A stretch of DNA of 64,000 nucleotides from Parcubacteria group bacterium (GTDB lineage: Bacteria; Patescibacteriota; Patescibacteriia; Patescibacteriales; GWC2-42-12): assembly GCA_016188785.1 (NCBI GenBank), contig JACPHD010000001.1, positions 26,300 to 90,299 of the forward strand, written 5' to 3'. The notes below the pieces were generated by a model, which was given only the letters and a program-made list of their open reading frames with translations, was not told where the DNA came from and made no database searches. Shown in pieces: positions 8,747 to 19,112 of the stretch (position 1 is the stretch's first letter; each line of letters begins with the position of its first letter). Made by a program: the position numbers and the translations under genes.

Positions 8747-10870
8747 TCACTTCTTAATTCTTATACTGCCGACGTTTACTCCGCCGCTAAAGTTTTCCTC
8801 ATAAGCGTAAAACGAACCCACAATTTTGCCATTAGCTTTAAAAACGCGGACATGAGGCGCTCCTCCCGGGCCGGCGGCGGCCACGATTTCGTCCAGGCCG
8901 TCGTTGTCAACATCAGCTTTGGCTAAATTGACGCCGCCGCGGAAATTACTGTTAAAAGCAAAAAAATGCGACAGCAAATTTCCTTTACCGTCAAAAAATT
9001 TAACATGCGGCCCGCCGCCTTTTTCCGGCGCGGCCACAATGTCTTCATGATAGCTGCCGGAGCCGTTTCTGATTCTGGCTGAAGCAACCTTAACGCCGCC
9101 GCGGGAAGTTTTAGGATAAGCTAAAAAGCGCCTGGCTAAAACGCCGCTGGCTTTAAAAATTCTGATTTCGGGAATCTTTCCGGCCGCCAAGCCGGTTATA
9201 ATTTCAGCTTGGCCGTCGCCGTCTAGATCGCCGGCCGCGATATTCAAGCCGCCTCTGAATTTACTGTCGTAAGCGTAAAACGAACCCAAAAACTGGCCGC
9301 GGCCGTTAAAAATTTTTACTTCTGAATCCCCGCCCTGAGCCTCTACGGCGATAATTTCATCACTACCGTCATTATTGATGTCGGCGCTGGCGATATTTAC
9401 GCCGCCGCGGAAATTATTCTTAAAAGCAAAAAATTGCCTAAGCAGTTCTCCTTTAACATTAAAAATTTTTATATGCGGCCCGCCGCCTGATCCGGCCGCG
9501 GTGATAATTTCTTGAGTGCCATCGCCGTTTATATCTCCGGCGGCAAAATTGACGCTGCCTTTAAAATTGCCGTAAGCCTGAAATTCAGTATCTTTTTTAC
9601 CATCCTGATTAGTAATTTTTACCGGGCCGGCTGAACCAATTTTCGGACCGACTAATAATTTTTCAATTTTATTATTTAATAAGCTCTTGACGTAATTAAC
9701 CGCCGCCGCTAGGTTTAATCGGCCATTGCCCAGGCGGCCTAAATAATTCGGATTTACCCGGCTGATATTATCCGCGTTAGCCAATAGCGCTTGGATGATT
9801 TCGCTTCTATTTAGCGCCGGGTTGGCCGCGGCTATTAGCGCCAGAGCGCCGCTCACCATAGGCACGGCTACGGAAGTGCCGGACCAATAGCCATCATAAT
9901 ATTTATTAAAAGGCTGATCTTTTATATAATTATCAGGCGAATAGACCACGGCGCTAAAAACGCTGACTCCGGGCGCGGCAATATCAATGCATTTACTGCC
10001 AAAGCTGGAAAAGGCTGTTTTCTGGTCCATGGTATCGGTCGCGGCTACGCCAATTACCCGATTTTCGCCGCTCGAGCCGTCCAGACAAACCGGATACATG
10101 GGAGTTTCATCTAAATTATAACCATCGCTCTGCCCGACTTCATTGCCTCCGGCGGCGACTACGATTAAGCCGGCGTCATAAGCGCGTTTAATCGCTTCAT
10201 CAAGCCCCTGGCTATAGCCAAAGCCGACAAAACTTAAATTGATAATATTGGCGCCGTTGGCAATGGCGTAATCAATCGCTTTAATAACCTTGGAAGCGCT
10301 GCCCTCGCCCGTATCATCTAAAATTTTAAGCGGCATAATTTTAGCTTGCCAGGTTATACCGGTAACGCCGGCGGCGTTATTACCAGCCGCCGCGGCAATG
10401 CCGGCAATAATAGTGCCGTGTAAAACGCCATCTTCGGAAAAACCCGGCTTAAACTTTGGCGCCGGATCAGGTACATTATTGACAAAATCCCAGCCATTGA
10501 CATCATCAATAAAACCGTTCTTATCATCATCAATCTTATTACCGGCGATTTCTTTTTTATTCAGCCAAATATTGCCTTGTAAATCAGGGTGATTGATTTG
10601 CACGCCTGAATCCAAAATCGCGATAACAACGTCCGGGCTTTCCCTGATATTATCCCAGGCTTCAGTGGCTTTAATTTTCTGCAAATACCATTGATTATTA
10701 AAAAAAGCGTCAGACGGTATTATGGAAGCATGATAAGTCTGGTCTGGCTCGGCGGATAAAGCATGGTAGCCGGAAAATATAACAAATATAATTATTACGA
10801 CTAAAAATATAATAAAAAAAGATGTTTTTTTATTCTTCACCCCGTTAGATATTACTGATAATTTTTGCAT
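8747..10870 (-). CDS. Secreted S8 subtilisin-like peptidase with C-terminal FG-GAP/VCBS repeats
   Basis: Catalytic triad D ('DSGVQINHPDL'), H ('HGTIIAGI'), S ('GTSVAVPMVSG'). N-terminal TM/signal. Repeated 'DINGDG/DLDGDG...GGGPHIK(I/F)F' motifs. Confidence 0.75.
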   Translation of the reverse strand: MQKLSVISNGVKNKKTSFFIIFLVVIIIFVIFSGYHALSAEPDQTYHASIIPSDAFFNNQWYLQKIKATEAWDNIRESPDVVIAILDSGVQINHPDLQGNIWLNKKEIAGNKIDDDKNGFIDDVNGWDFVNNVPDPAPKFKPGFSEDGVLHGTIIAGIAAAAGNNAAGVTGITWQAKIMPLKILDDTGEGSASKVIKAIDYAIANGANIINLSFVGFGYSQGLDEAIKRAYDAGLIVVAAGGNEVGQSDGYNLDETPMYPVCLDGSSGENRVIGVAATDTMDQKTAFSSFGSKCIDIAAPGVSVFSAVVYSPDNYIKDQPFNKYYDGYWSGTSVAVPMVSGALALIAAANPALNRSEIIQALLANADNISRVNPNYLGRLGNGRLNLAAAVNYVKSLLNNKIEKLLVGPKIGSAGPVKITNQDGKKDTEFQAYGNFKGSVNFAAGDINGDGTQEIITAAGSGGGPHIKIFNVKGELLRQFFAFKNNFRGGVNIASADINNDGSDEIIAVEAQGGDSEVKIFNGRGQFLGSFYAYDSKFRGGLNIAAGDLDGDGQAEIITGLAAGKIPEIRIFKASGVLARRFLAYPKTSRGGVKVASARIRNGSGSYHEDIVAAPEKGGGPHVKFFDGKGNLLSHFFAFNSNFRGGVNLAKADVDNDGLDEIVAAAGPGGAPHVRVFKANGKIVGSFYAYEENFSGGVNVGSIRIKK

Positions 10871-10918
10871 AGAATATAAAATTTACTAAGTTTAAATAAA
10901 GACGATATCTAACGGGGT
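10839..10918. repeat. Inverted-repeat element ACCCCGTTAGATAT...ATATCTAACGGGGT enclosing the S8 start codon (copy 3)
   Basis: Arms at 10839-10852 and 10905-10918. Confidence 0.65.
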
Positions 10919-10932
10919 AAATAACATCTTTA

Positions 10933-12204
10933 CTATAACATATTTTCCATTAACGCCAAAGTTTCTTGAGCGCATTTAGTCAGGCTGAAATCTTTTGCTC
11001 GCTTAAGGCCGCGGCTGACTAATTGGCCGGCCAACTGCTTATCTAATAATATTTTTGCCATTTTTTCCGCCATATCATGCTGATCCTGCGGATTAAAAAG
11101 ACAAGCAGAATCTTTAACAACTTCCGGTATGGAGGCAATATTGGAAGCCGCCACCGGCACGCCGCAAGCCATGGCCTCTAAAACAGGTATGCCAAAGCCC
11201 TCATAAAGCGAAGGCAAAACAAATAAATCAGCGCCGTTATAAATGTAAGGCATGTCAGCTTCCGGAATCCAGCCGGTGATGATTATGCTATCATCAAGAT
11301 TAAATTCCTTAATGACGTATTTGACCTCATCAAAACCCAGCCCGGCCCGGCCCACTAAAACTAATTTATGTTTTATTTCCCTGAATTTTTGCCTCATAAT
11401 CGCGTAAGCTTCAACTAACTTAGCGGTATTTTTCTTCTTTTCCAAACGGCCGGCATAAAAAATATAAGGAGTGGTAAGACCATATTGGCTTAAAACCGGT
11501 TTGACTTTTTTTTGATCGCTAAGCCGATGATAAAGCTCGCTGTTAAAGCCGTTATGAACAACTTTAATTTTTTTCCCGTCAGCCTGATAGAATTCAATCA
11601 TTTCTTGTTTGGTAAATTCAGACACCGCGATAATCATTTTAGCTTTTTTAAGCGCGAATTTCGTTGACCAGCTATGGTAGTCAATAATATTAGGATGAAA
11701 TTTGCCCCAAGTGAGCAATCTGATTAAAAAGCTAAACGCGTCTGAAGTTAAGCCGCTTACCGGGCCGATTTTATCTAAGCTGTAAAGCTCGGCTTGGCGC
11801 TCAAAGCCGATGTCATGAATAGTAACGATTGATTTTCTGGGATAGATAATCGGCAGAGCGTGGGCCGGAATAAAAAGGAGATTGGGCCGATGCGCGATCA
11901 TTTCATAAGACAGGCGGATTTGCGTCCAAAAATAAGTAAACGGCCATTTTAAAATTTTAACGCGAAAATTTCCAAACGGACTTTTAATTTCTTGCCAGCC
12001 ATAACTATCTATTTTGCCCGGCGGAGCCGAATGATTTTCCTTGGTTAAATCAGCTAAACCGCCGACCAAGGGTTTGTCGCTATATAAAATATAACGATTT
12101 TTAGAATCAAGTTTAGCCAGCTCTCTTATTAAATAATAAGAATACCACTCGGTGCCGCCTTTAAATTCTCTATTCGCCCTTGAGGCGTCAATGCCTATAA
12201 GCAT
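10933..12204 (-). CDS. Glycosyltransferase family 4
   Basis: 'LEAMACGVPVAASNIASIPEVV'. Confidence 0.75.
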   Translation of the reverse strand: MLIGIDASRANREFKGGTEWYSYYLIRELAKLDSKNRYILYSDKPLVGGLADLTKENHSAPPGKIDSYGWQEIKSPFGNFRVKILKWPFTYFWTQIRLSYEMIAHRPNLLFIPAHALPIIYPRKSIVTIHDIGFERQAELYSLDKIGPVSGLTSDAFSFLIRLLTWGKFHPNIIDYHSWSTKFALKKAKMIIAVSEFTKQEMIEFYQADGKKIKVVHNGFNSELYHRLSDQKKVKPVLSQYGLTTPYIFYAGRLEKKKNTAKLVEAYAIMRQKFREIKHKLVLVGRAGLGFDEVKYVIKEFNLDDSIIITGWIPEADMPYIYNGADLFVLPSLYEGFGIPVLEAMACGVPVAASNIASIPEVVKDSACLFNPQDQHDMAEKMAKILLDKQLAGQLVSRGLKRAKDFSLTKCAQETLALMENML

Positions 12205-12214
12205 AAATAATACA

Positions 12215-12450
12215 TGTCATTGCGGGCTCCCGCCCGTTTCGCAAGCGAAGCGTTGCGGGCGGGTGACCCGCAATCCCCGCCCGCCTTGACTTCGCGGTTT
12301 AAAATTAAGATGAATATAATATTTTATACTAAATATTTAATCTTAATAAATAGGCTATACGGTCAAGGCGAAGTCGGGCGCGGCAGAAACTTGTTCTAAG
12401 CGAAAAAATCTGGATTCCGGCTCGCCTTCGGCTTAAAGGCCGGAATGACA
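12215..12450. mobile_element. MITE-like GC-rich element with TGTCATTGCGGG...CCGGAATGACA termini (family copy 1)
   Basis: Shares the GTCATT/AATGAC termini and internal GC palindromes with copies at 41779-41994, 45329-45473 and 48144-48258. Confidence 0.55.
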
Positions 12451-12459
12451 AGAAAAAAA

Positions 12460-13467
12460 TTACTTCGTCGCAAAGATGCTCCTTTTATACGAATCCAAGT
12501 TTTCTAAGGCAATGCCCGTGCCTTTGGCCACGCAAAGCAAAGCATCATCCGCTACGTAAGCCGGCACGTCGGTCGTGCGCGACAGCAATTGGTCAATATT
12601 TCGCAGTAGCGAACTGCCGCCGGATAGCACCATGCCTTTGTCCATTATATCGGCAGCTAATTCCGGCGGCGTTTCCTGAAGCACTCTTTTAGCCGCGCTG
12701 ATTATGGCTTCCAGCTCATTCTGAATCGCTTCGGTCACGTCATCGGAATTAACCATAATATTTCTAGGCAGGCCGGTTATCATGTCGCGGCCGCGGATTT
12801 CCATAGTCAGTTTGTCTTCAAGGTATAAAGCGCTGCCGATTTTAATTTTTATTTCCTCAGCCGTTCTTTCGCCGATGGCTAAATTATATTTGCGCCTGAT
12901 AAATTCCTGGATGGCCGCGTCAAATTTATTGCCGCCGATTCTAACCGAAGTTGAAGTCACCACGCCGCCCAAAGAAATTACCGCCATTTCGGCCGTGCCG
13001 CCGCCGATATCAATAATCATATGCCCGGAAGCCGAGCCGATGGGAATATCGGCGCCGATGGCCGCGGCAATCGGCTCTTTAATAATATAAGCCGCTCTGG
13101 CTCCGGCCGCGATGGTCGCGTCTATGACCGCGCGCCGTTCGGTTGAAGTAATGCCGGCCGGCACCGCCACCATAACTTCCGGCCGGAATAATCTAATGCC
13201 ACCCAAAGCTTTATTGATAAAGTATCTTAACATGGCTTCAGTCGTGTGATAATCGGCGATCACGCCGTCTTTTAGCGGCTTGATGGCGATGATCGTGTCC
13301 GGCGTCCGGCCCAGCATGTCTTTAGCTTCATTGCCCACGGCTAAAATCTTTTTGTCAATTAAAGAAACCGCCACCACGCTGGGTTCGTTAATAATAATGC
13401 CTCTTTTCGGCAAATGCACTAAAATATAAGTTGTGCCCAGATCTATGCCTAGACGTTTGATGAACAT
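12460..13467 (-). CDS. mreB: Rod-shape determining actin homologue MreB
   Basis: 'GIDLGTTYILV', 'DIGGGTAE', 'LSGGSSLL' actin-fold motifs. Start taken at MFIKRLG. Confidence 0.9.
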   Translation of the reverse strand: MFIKRLGIDLGTTYILVHLPKRGIIINEPSVVAVSLIDKKILAVGNEAKDMLGRTPDTIIAIKPLKDGVIADYHTTEAMLRYFINKALGGIRLFRPEVMVAVPAGITSTERRAVIDATIAAGARAAYIIKEPIAAAIGADIPIGSASGHMIIDIGGGTAEMAVISLGGVVTSTSVRIGGNKFDAAIQEFIRRKYNLAIGERTAEEIKIKIGSALYLEDKLTMEIRGRDMITGLPRNIMVNSDDVTEAIQNELEAIISAAKRVLQETPPELAADIMDKGMVLSGGSSLLRNIDQLLSRTTDVPAYVADDALLCVAKGTGIALENLDSYKRSIFATK

Positions 13468-13479
13468 AAGATAAAATAA

Positions 13480-13619
13480 AATTTTCAAATCACAATTTTC
13501 AATTTTCAATGAATTTTCAATGTTATAATTTTCAAATGTATTAATGCGTTACTTTAATTGTTTGTAAATTGGTTTATTGGAATTTCATTGAAAATTGGGA
13601 TTTGAAAATTGAAAATTTT
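13480..13619. repeat. Octamer repeats ATTTTCAA x5 then TTGAAAAT x3 (inverted blocks) upstream of mreB
   Basis: Read directly. The same octamer recurs at 15624-15660, 47378-47408 and 58446-58615. Confidence 0.7.
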
Positions 13620-15623
13620 TTAGAACCTTATCTCAAAGCTCCTGTCTATATTCAAATCCCCTTCCCACTTAATCCTAACCGGACCCAGTTTCTGCGTTGA
13701 CAGATTAGCCGGGCTATATGATTTTATAACATTTGCAAAGCTTAAGTCAACCGTAAGATTAGCTAGCTCTTTACCCGGCTGTTTCTGGATATAAAGATTG
13801 TAGTTATTATTTAATCTAAGGCCCGGCGGCAGCTTGTACTCAACCGTAATATTATTGATTTTTCCCGGCTCCACGGTTAAATAAAAACCAAACCAGGTTT
13901 TACCAGCCTCGCTACCAGTAGCTATGTCTTCAGGCTTATAGCCGCTAATTTTAATCAATTGACTGCCTAATGGCGCGTAGACTCTGGTATAACTTTTATA
14001 AGCGCTAGTTTTCCAGTCAAGCCGGCCGTTATGCGCGTAGTTAAGAGTTAATTTAGCGGACAGGCCGCGGCCAGCTTGCTCGGTTATTTTATAATTTAAG
14101 CTCCGGCTCATAACCGCGTCGGTTTTTAAAGCCGCTAAATTAGCGTCCACCACCATAAGATAATCGCCGTAATAATTTTTTATTTCTCCGGCCCAGCCGT
14201 TTTGCGCCGCCAGGCTTTCTAATTGGCTGTCGGCCAAATAAAGCAATAAATTTTTTTCAGTTAAGTTATTGATGGCGGTATTTATAATCTCCGACCATTG
14301 GCGCGCCGGCAAATCAAAAATTTTAATTTTTAATTGTTTGAATATTTCGCCGATAACTTCTTTTCTCTGCCAGGCCGAAACACCCAAAACCAGGTAGCCT
14401 TTTTCCACCCGATATTGCAGTAAATCTTGAAAATTATTTTGATCATAAGCTTGCCCTTCAATCGTTACCGGACCGGTTATTTTTAAAAAATCAGTAACTA
14501 ATTTCGGCGTGACGGCCAACAGGCCGCTAAATTCAGGAATTTTTTCCGCTGCCGGATTTAAAAAACTTTCGGTTTGATAGAATTTATTTATCGTCCTGGC
14601 CGCGGTTGGCCAGTCAGGCGACCAGTTAGCGTCGCGCAAATACCATTTGTCGTTTAAATATTTTTTAATCGGCTCCGGCGGCGCGATATTTATTTTTTTC
14701 TGCACCGGCATATCCAGATGATAAATATCATGTGTAGTAAAACTTAAGATATCGCCGTCTTTAATCCGTGAAATTCCATAAGTGCCTAAAAATCCTCCGG
14801 TTGGCCTTAACTCGTCGTTATTCTGCAACATCACTAAATAATTAGCTTGACTAGGGTAGCCGGCTAAGGCCGGAATTAGCTGCGACAACGGGACGGCTTT
14901 ATCTAAAATAAGGCCGGCTTGATTAATTTGTGTTTTAACCTGATTGATTTTATCTTTTAAGGCGAAAAAAATACCCGAGCCGTCAGCCCGCTCTAAATTG
15001 ATAGAGGCCAGGGCCAAATCAGCTTTTATGCCGTTTAATTCCGGCGCTGATTCAAATATTTTTTTAAGGATAAGGCGCTTGGTTTCAGGACTTAACCGGG
15101 AAAAACTGGTTTTTCTGTCTCCGGCCGAAAGGGCCGCCAGGCTTTGGCCGAAATTAGCGCCGCCGTGAACCGCCTTGCTTAAGAACAGCGCGCCGGTAAG
15201 CAGATTTTCTGCCTGGTTAAGCTGTCTTGAAATTATGGGCAAATTACTTATCAAATTACTTATTAAGAACTCTATTTTTATTTGCTCAATCGTGTCAAGG
15301 GAAACCGTAAAATTATTTTCCGCCTGCCTGGCCATGGTCGCGGCTAAAGTAAAATTATCATGTTGGACAAACTCCAGGGCCTGCTCCAGATTGCTTTTGC
15401 CTAGAGCGGCCTGATCATAAATTTGTTTTAAACTAAAAATTTTAGATGATAATAAAATCAAGAGCAGCAAAAATAAAAAAACTATCGCCAAACCGAAATA
15501 TTTTAAAATTTTATAAGACAAACGCAAGCGCCGGCGCCTTTTAACCGCCGGAAGACGGCCGATCAGGTTGTCGGCTTGCTCATACCAGGCTTTGAAATTT
15601 ATATGTTTTGAAAATTTAATCAT
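13620..15623 (-). CDS. Membrane-anchored DUF4012-like protein
   Basis: N-terminal basic stretch plus TM, then a large periplasmic domain. Family assignment from memory only. Confidence 0.4.
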   Translation of the reverse strand: MIKFSKHINFKAWYEQADNLIGRLPAVKRRRRLRLSYKILKYFGLAIVFLFLLLLILLSSKIFSLKQIYDQAALGKSNLEQALEFVQHDNFTLAATMARQAENNFTVSLDTIEQIKIEFLISNLISNLPIISRQLNQAENLLTGALFLSKAVHGGANFGQSLAALSAGDRKTSFSRLSPETKRLILKKIFESAPELNGIKADLALASINLERADGSGIFFALKDKINQVKTQINQAGLILDKAVPLSQLIPALAGYPSQANYLVMLQNNDELRPTGGFLGTYGISRIKDGDILSFTTHDIYHLDMPVQKKINIAPPEPIKKYLNDKWYLRDANWSPDWPTAARTINKFYQTESFLNPAAEKIPEFSGLLAVTPKLVTDFLKITGPVTIEGQAYDQNNFQDLLQYRVEKGYLVLGVSAWQRKEVIGEIFKQLKIKIFDLPARQWSEIINTAINNLTEKNLLLYLADSQLESLAAQNGWAGEIKNYYGDYLMVVDANLAALKTDAVMSRSLNYKITEQAGRGLSAKLTLNYAHNGRLDWKTSAYKSYTRVYAPLGSQLIKISGYKPEDIATGSEAGKTWFGFYLTVEPGKINNITVEYKLPPGLRLNNNYNLYIQKQPGKELANLTVDLSFANVIKSYSPANLSTQKLGPVRIKWEGDLNIDRSFEIRF

Positions 15624-15662
15624 TGTTTGAAAATTGAAAATTTGTAAATTGAAAATTAAACC

Positions 15663-16919
15663 TCATTCTTGCCTTAAGGCTTCAATCGGGTCAAGCCGCG
15701 CGGCTTGGCGCGCCGGATAAAGGCCGAAGCCTAAGCCGAAAATTACGGCAAAAGCCAAAGAAATGTAATAAGCGCGCCAGGGAACAAAAAATTTCCAGCT
15801 TAAGCCATTGTAATTGGCCGCGTAAGCGATTAAGTAAGCCGCGCTCAGGCCGATTAAAACGCCGAGCGCGGCGCCAATCAAGGTTATTATCAACGATTCA
15901 ACCAAAAATTGCAACATGATATCCTTAAATCTCGCGCCCACGGCCTTGCGCAAACCGATTTCGCTAGTCCTCTCGGTAACTATAACATACATTATGTTCA
16001 TTACGCCCACGCCGCCCACGATCAGCGAGATTGCCACGATGGCTAAAAGCAATAAAGTTATGGCCCCGGTTATGGTGGAAACCGTTTTCATGGCTTGGGC
16101 CATCGTGGTCACGCGAAAATCATCTTTAGCCGGATCAGCGATATTATGATTTTGTCGCAAGGCTATTTTTACGTCATCCGCGGTTAAATCAGCCAAGCTT
16201 ATATCGTTTAACTGGCTCATGATAAAATTAGCCTTATCCAGTCCCATTAATTTTTTTTGCAGTGTGCGCAAAGGCAAATAAATAAAATCATCAAAATCAA
16301 CGCCCGTGACCTGGCCTTTTTCTGCCATCGCGCCGATGATCAGAAATTTTTTTTGGCCGATTTTAAGGCTGGCACCGATTGGTTCGGAATCGCCGAACAG
16401 CTTATTCTTCATCCTATAGCCCAAAACAGCGACTTGAGTCAGGGATTTTTCTTCCGCGTCAGAATAAAAACGTCCGGACGCGACTTTGGTTTTATCAATC
16501 TCAATAAAATTAGCGCTAACGCCGTATAAAAAAGCTTTTCTAAACTCACTGCCATAGCTTACCGGCTGCTGGCTTAAAATGCCGGCGTAACTTTTCTTGA
16601 TGTTAGGCAGTTTGTCAATATCAGCCAGGTCTTTAAAAGTTAAATTAGCCGCCTGAATGCCTTGGACCGCGGCAATCGCGCTTTGAACGTCGCCGGCCGC
16701 GCCTTTTTTAGCGCTCGGAATTCTTGATTCAACATGAAGAGTATCCGTGCCAAAACTTTGAATTTGCCCTAAAATCAAAGCGCGCACGCCTTCGCCGGCG
16801 GCAAAAACAATTATCACCGCGCTAATGCCGATAATAATACCCAAAACCGTTAGCGCGGTTCTTAATTTATTGGCCATAATTGACCGCAGAGAAATTTTTA
16901 TAACTGATAAAATACTCAT
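15663..16919 (-). CDS. ABC transporter permease, MacB/FtsX family
   Basis: N-terminal TM, large periplasmic domain, C-terminal FtsX 3-TM with 'ERTSEIGLRKAVGA'. Confidence 0.85.
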   Translation of the reverse strand: MSILSVIKISLRSIMANKLRTALTVLGIIIGISAVIIVFAAGEGVRALILGQIQSFGTDTLHVESRIPSAKKGAAGDVQSAIAAVQGIQAANLTFKDLADIDKLPNIKKSYAGILSQQPVSYGSEFRKAFLYGVSANFIEIDKTKVASGRFYSDAEEKSLTQVAVLGYRMKNKLFGDSEPIGASLKIGQKKFLIIGAMAEKGQVTGVDFDDFIYLPLRTLQKKLMGLDKANFIMSQLNDISLADLTADDVKIALRQNHNIADPAKDDFRVTTMAQAMKTVSTITGAITLLLLAIVAISLIVGGVGVMNIMYVIVTERTSEIGLRKAVGARFKDIMLQFLVESLIITLIGAALGVLIGLSAAYLIAYAANYNGLSWKFFVPWRAYYISLAFAVIFGLGFGLYPARQAARLDPIEALRQE

Positions 16920-18173
16920 TTATTCATGTCTTAAGGCTTCAACCGGCTCTAACCGGCTAGCCTTAAACGCCGGGTACAAGCCGAAAATTAAACCGATCGC
17001 TGCCGACACGGCCACGGCTAAAGCGATTGACAGCCAGGAAATAACCAAATCCCAGCTATAGCCTAAAAATCTGGCGGCCAGGGAAATTAAAACCGCGGTT
17101 AAAACGCCAAGCGCGATGCCGATCAAGCCGCCCAGCAAAGTAATAATTACGGCTTGGGTTAAAAATTGCCGCCTGATGTCTTTATTGCTGGCGCCAACGG
17201 CCTTGCGTAAACCGATTTCGCGCGTCCTTTCGGTAACGCTCACTAACATAATATTCATAATGCCGATGCCGCCGACTAACAGCGACAAAGCGGCCATGGC
17301 GGCCAGAAAAAATCTAAGCGCGTCGGTGACCGTAGCGATGGCGCCCAGCGCCTGCGCCGCGCTGCGGACCGTAAAATCGTCCGACGCGCCGCTTTGATCA
17401 ATGATGTTATGCCGCTCGCGCAAAGTCAGGCTGATATCATTGATGGCGCGATTGATATTTTTTCCATCATCAACTTTAGCCCGGATAAAGCCTAAATAAT
17501 CCACGCCGGAGATAACTTTTTGCACCGTGGCCAGCGGCATGAAAATTTGGTCGTCGTAATTTTGAAAAGCGGCCAAACCCCGTTTTTTCATCACGCCGAT
17601 AACTTCAAATGATTGTTTTTTAAATTTTATTCTGGCGCCCGCCGGGTCGGAAGCGCCGAACAGCCGAGCCTTAACCTCACTGCCCAAAACCGCCACCCGC
17701 GCTAAATTTTTTTCTTCGTCAGCCGTAAAAAAACGGCCTTGTTCTAACTCACCGCCTTCAACGTCCAAGTACGAGGCCGTGGTGCCGCTGATGTTGGTGT
17801 CATAGCTGTCCGCCCCCCAGCTTACCGTGCCGATGGCTTTGCTGTAAGCGGCCACAGCCGTTAAGTTAGGAACATTGTTTTTATCGGCTAAAGCTAAAGC
17901 GTCGCCATAGTTTAAAGTGGTAATTATAATGCCCAGGACTTGCGCCGGCGGCCCCTTGTCTTCAGACTTGCCCGGCAGAACGCCGATTAAATTCGTGCCT
18001 AAATTTTTAATCTGCGATAAAATTAAGCCTTGCGCGCCCGCGCCCACGGCCATAATCACGATCACCGCGGCCACGCCGATAATTATGCCCAGCATGGTTA
18101 AAAAGCTCCTGGCCTTATTGGCTAAAAGCGCGCCGGCAGAAGTCTTAACCGATTGCCTAAAAAATTCTAACAT
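16920..18173 (-). CDS. ABC transporter permease, MacB/FtsX family (paralogue)
   Basis: 'ERTREIGLRKAVGA'. Stop/start abuts the next permease. Confidence 0.85.
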   Translation of the reverse strand: MLEFFRQSVKTSAGALLANKARSFLTMLGIIIGVAAVIVIMAVGAGAQGLILSQIKNLGTNLIGVLPGKSEDKGPPAQVLGIIITTLNYGDALALADKNNVPNLTAVAAYSKAIGTVSWGADSYDTNISGTTASYLDVEGGELEQGRFFTADEEKNLARVAVLGSEVKARLFGASDPAGARIKFKKQSFEVIGVMKKRGLAAFQNYDDQIFMPLATVQKVISGVDYLGFIRAKVDDGKNINRAINDISLTLRERHNIIDQSGASDDFTVRSAAQALGAIATVTDALRFFLAAMAALSLLVGGIGIMNIMLVSVTERTREIGLRKAVGASNKDIRRQFLTQAVIITLLGGLIGIALGVLTAVLISLAARFLGYSWDLVISWLSIALAVAVSAAIGLIFGLYPAFKASRLEPVEALRHE

Positions 18174-18332
18174 AAATACGAATTACAAATCCTATACGAA
18201 TTTACAAATTATTAAAGTAAAATATTTAATATCATCAACAGTATTAGAATTATATTTATTCGTAAATTTGTAACAGATTTGTAATTTGTATCCCTTTTAT
18301 TCGTAAATTCGTAACAAAATTCGTAATTCGTA
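18174..18332. repeat. Dispersed 8-9-mer repeats ATTCGTAAATT / TTGTAATTT in the intergenic region
   Basis: 'attcgtaaattcgtaacaaaattcgtaattcgtattac' and similar. Confidence 0.6.
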
Positions 18333-19046
18333 TTACTTAAGAATTTCTCCATCTTTAGCTATCCGCCTCTGCCCGACTTTATAATCATCAATAATCAAGC
18401 CGTCTTTTACTTTGATAATTCTTTTGGCATGCTCCGAAGTGTAAGTTTCGTGGGTTACCAAAACTATGGTATTGCCCGAATCGTTTAAGCCCTGCAGAAT
18501 TTCCATAATTTGTACGCCTGATTTTGAATCAAGATTGCCAGTCGGCTCGTCCGCGAAAATTACGGCCGGCTCGTTGACTAAGGCGCGAGCGATGGCCACG
18601 CGCTGTTTTTCACCGCCGGAAATCTGGTTGGTAAAATAATTTAAACGATGGTCTAAACCCACGCTGGCTAAAATTTTTTTAGCGCGGCGCTCCGGCGCTT
18701 CTCTATTTTTAGCATAAGCCAAAGGCAGCATGACATTTTCTAAAACCGTGGTGCGCGGCAAAAGATTAAAGGCCTGAAAAACAAAGCCGATTTTCCGGTT
18801 TCTTAACCCGGCCAACTCGTCATCCGAAAGCTCGGTCACATCTTTGTCCTCAAGATAATATTGACCGCCGCTCGGCCGGTCTAACAGCCCGAGAATATGC
18901 ATTAAGGTTGACTTGCCAGAGCCGGAAGGCCCCATAATGGCCACGAACTCGCCCTGGTCAATACTAAAAGTCAGCCCGTTTAATACCGGCGTAACCACCT
19001 CGCCGCTTGCATAATTTTTAGTTAAATTATTAACTTGGATTAGCAT
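18333..19046 (-). CDS. ABC transporter ATP-binding protein (MacB/LolD-type)
   Basis: Walker A 'GPSGSGKST', signature '[15 protein letters not shown]', Walker B '[11 protein letters not shown]'. Start taken at MLIQVNNL. Confidence 0.9.
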   Translation of the reverse strand: MLIQVNNLTKNYASGEVVTPVLNGLTFSIDQGEFVAIMGPSGSGKSTLMHILGLLDRPSGGQYYLEDKDVTELSDDELAGLRNRKIGFVFQAFNLLPRTTVLENVMLPLAYAKNREAPERRAKKILASVGLDHRLNYFTNQISGGEKQRVAIARALVNEPAVIFADEPTGNLDSKSGVQIMEILQGLNDSGNTIVLVTHETYTSEHAKRIIKVKDGLIIDDYKVGQRRIAKDGEILK

Positions 19047-19112
19047 AATCAGAAAATTTTCAATCCGCCAACTGGCGGAGCGGACAATTTTCAAACAATT
19101 AAAAACCAAACA

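Noticed and set aside
10290-10592. Plus-strand ORFs inside minus-strand genes (e.g. 10290-10592, 12782-13090, 40628-41047, 51683-52495, 58045-58428)
   Set aside because: Antisense to well-supported genes (S8 peptidase, mreB, dnaX, surface protein, rplL). Ala/Ser/Pro-rich compositions typical of GC-skew shadows.
13480-13619. Octamer repeat blocks considered as a CRISPR array
   Set aside because: Units are only 7-8 nt with no unique spacers of 25-40 nt, and no cas genes are present.
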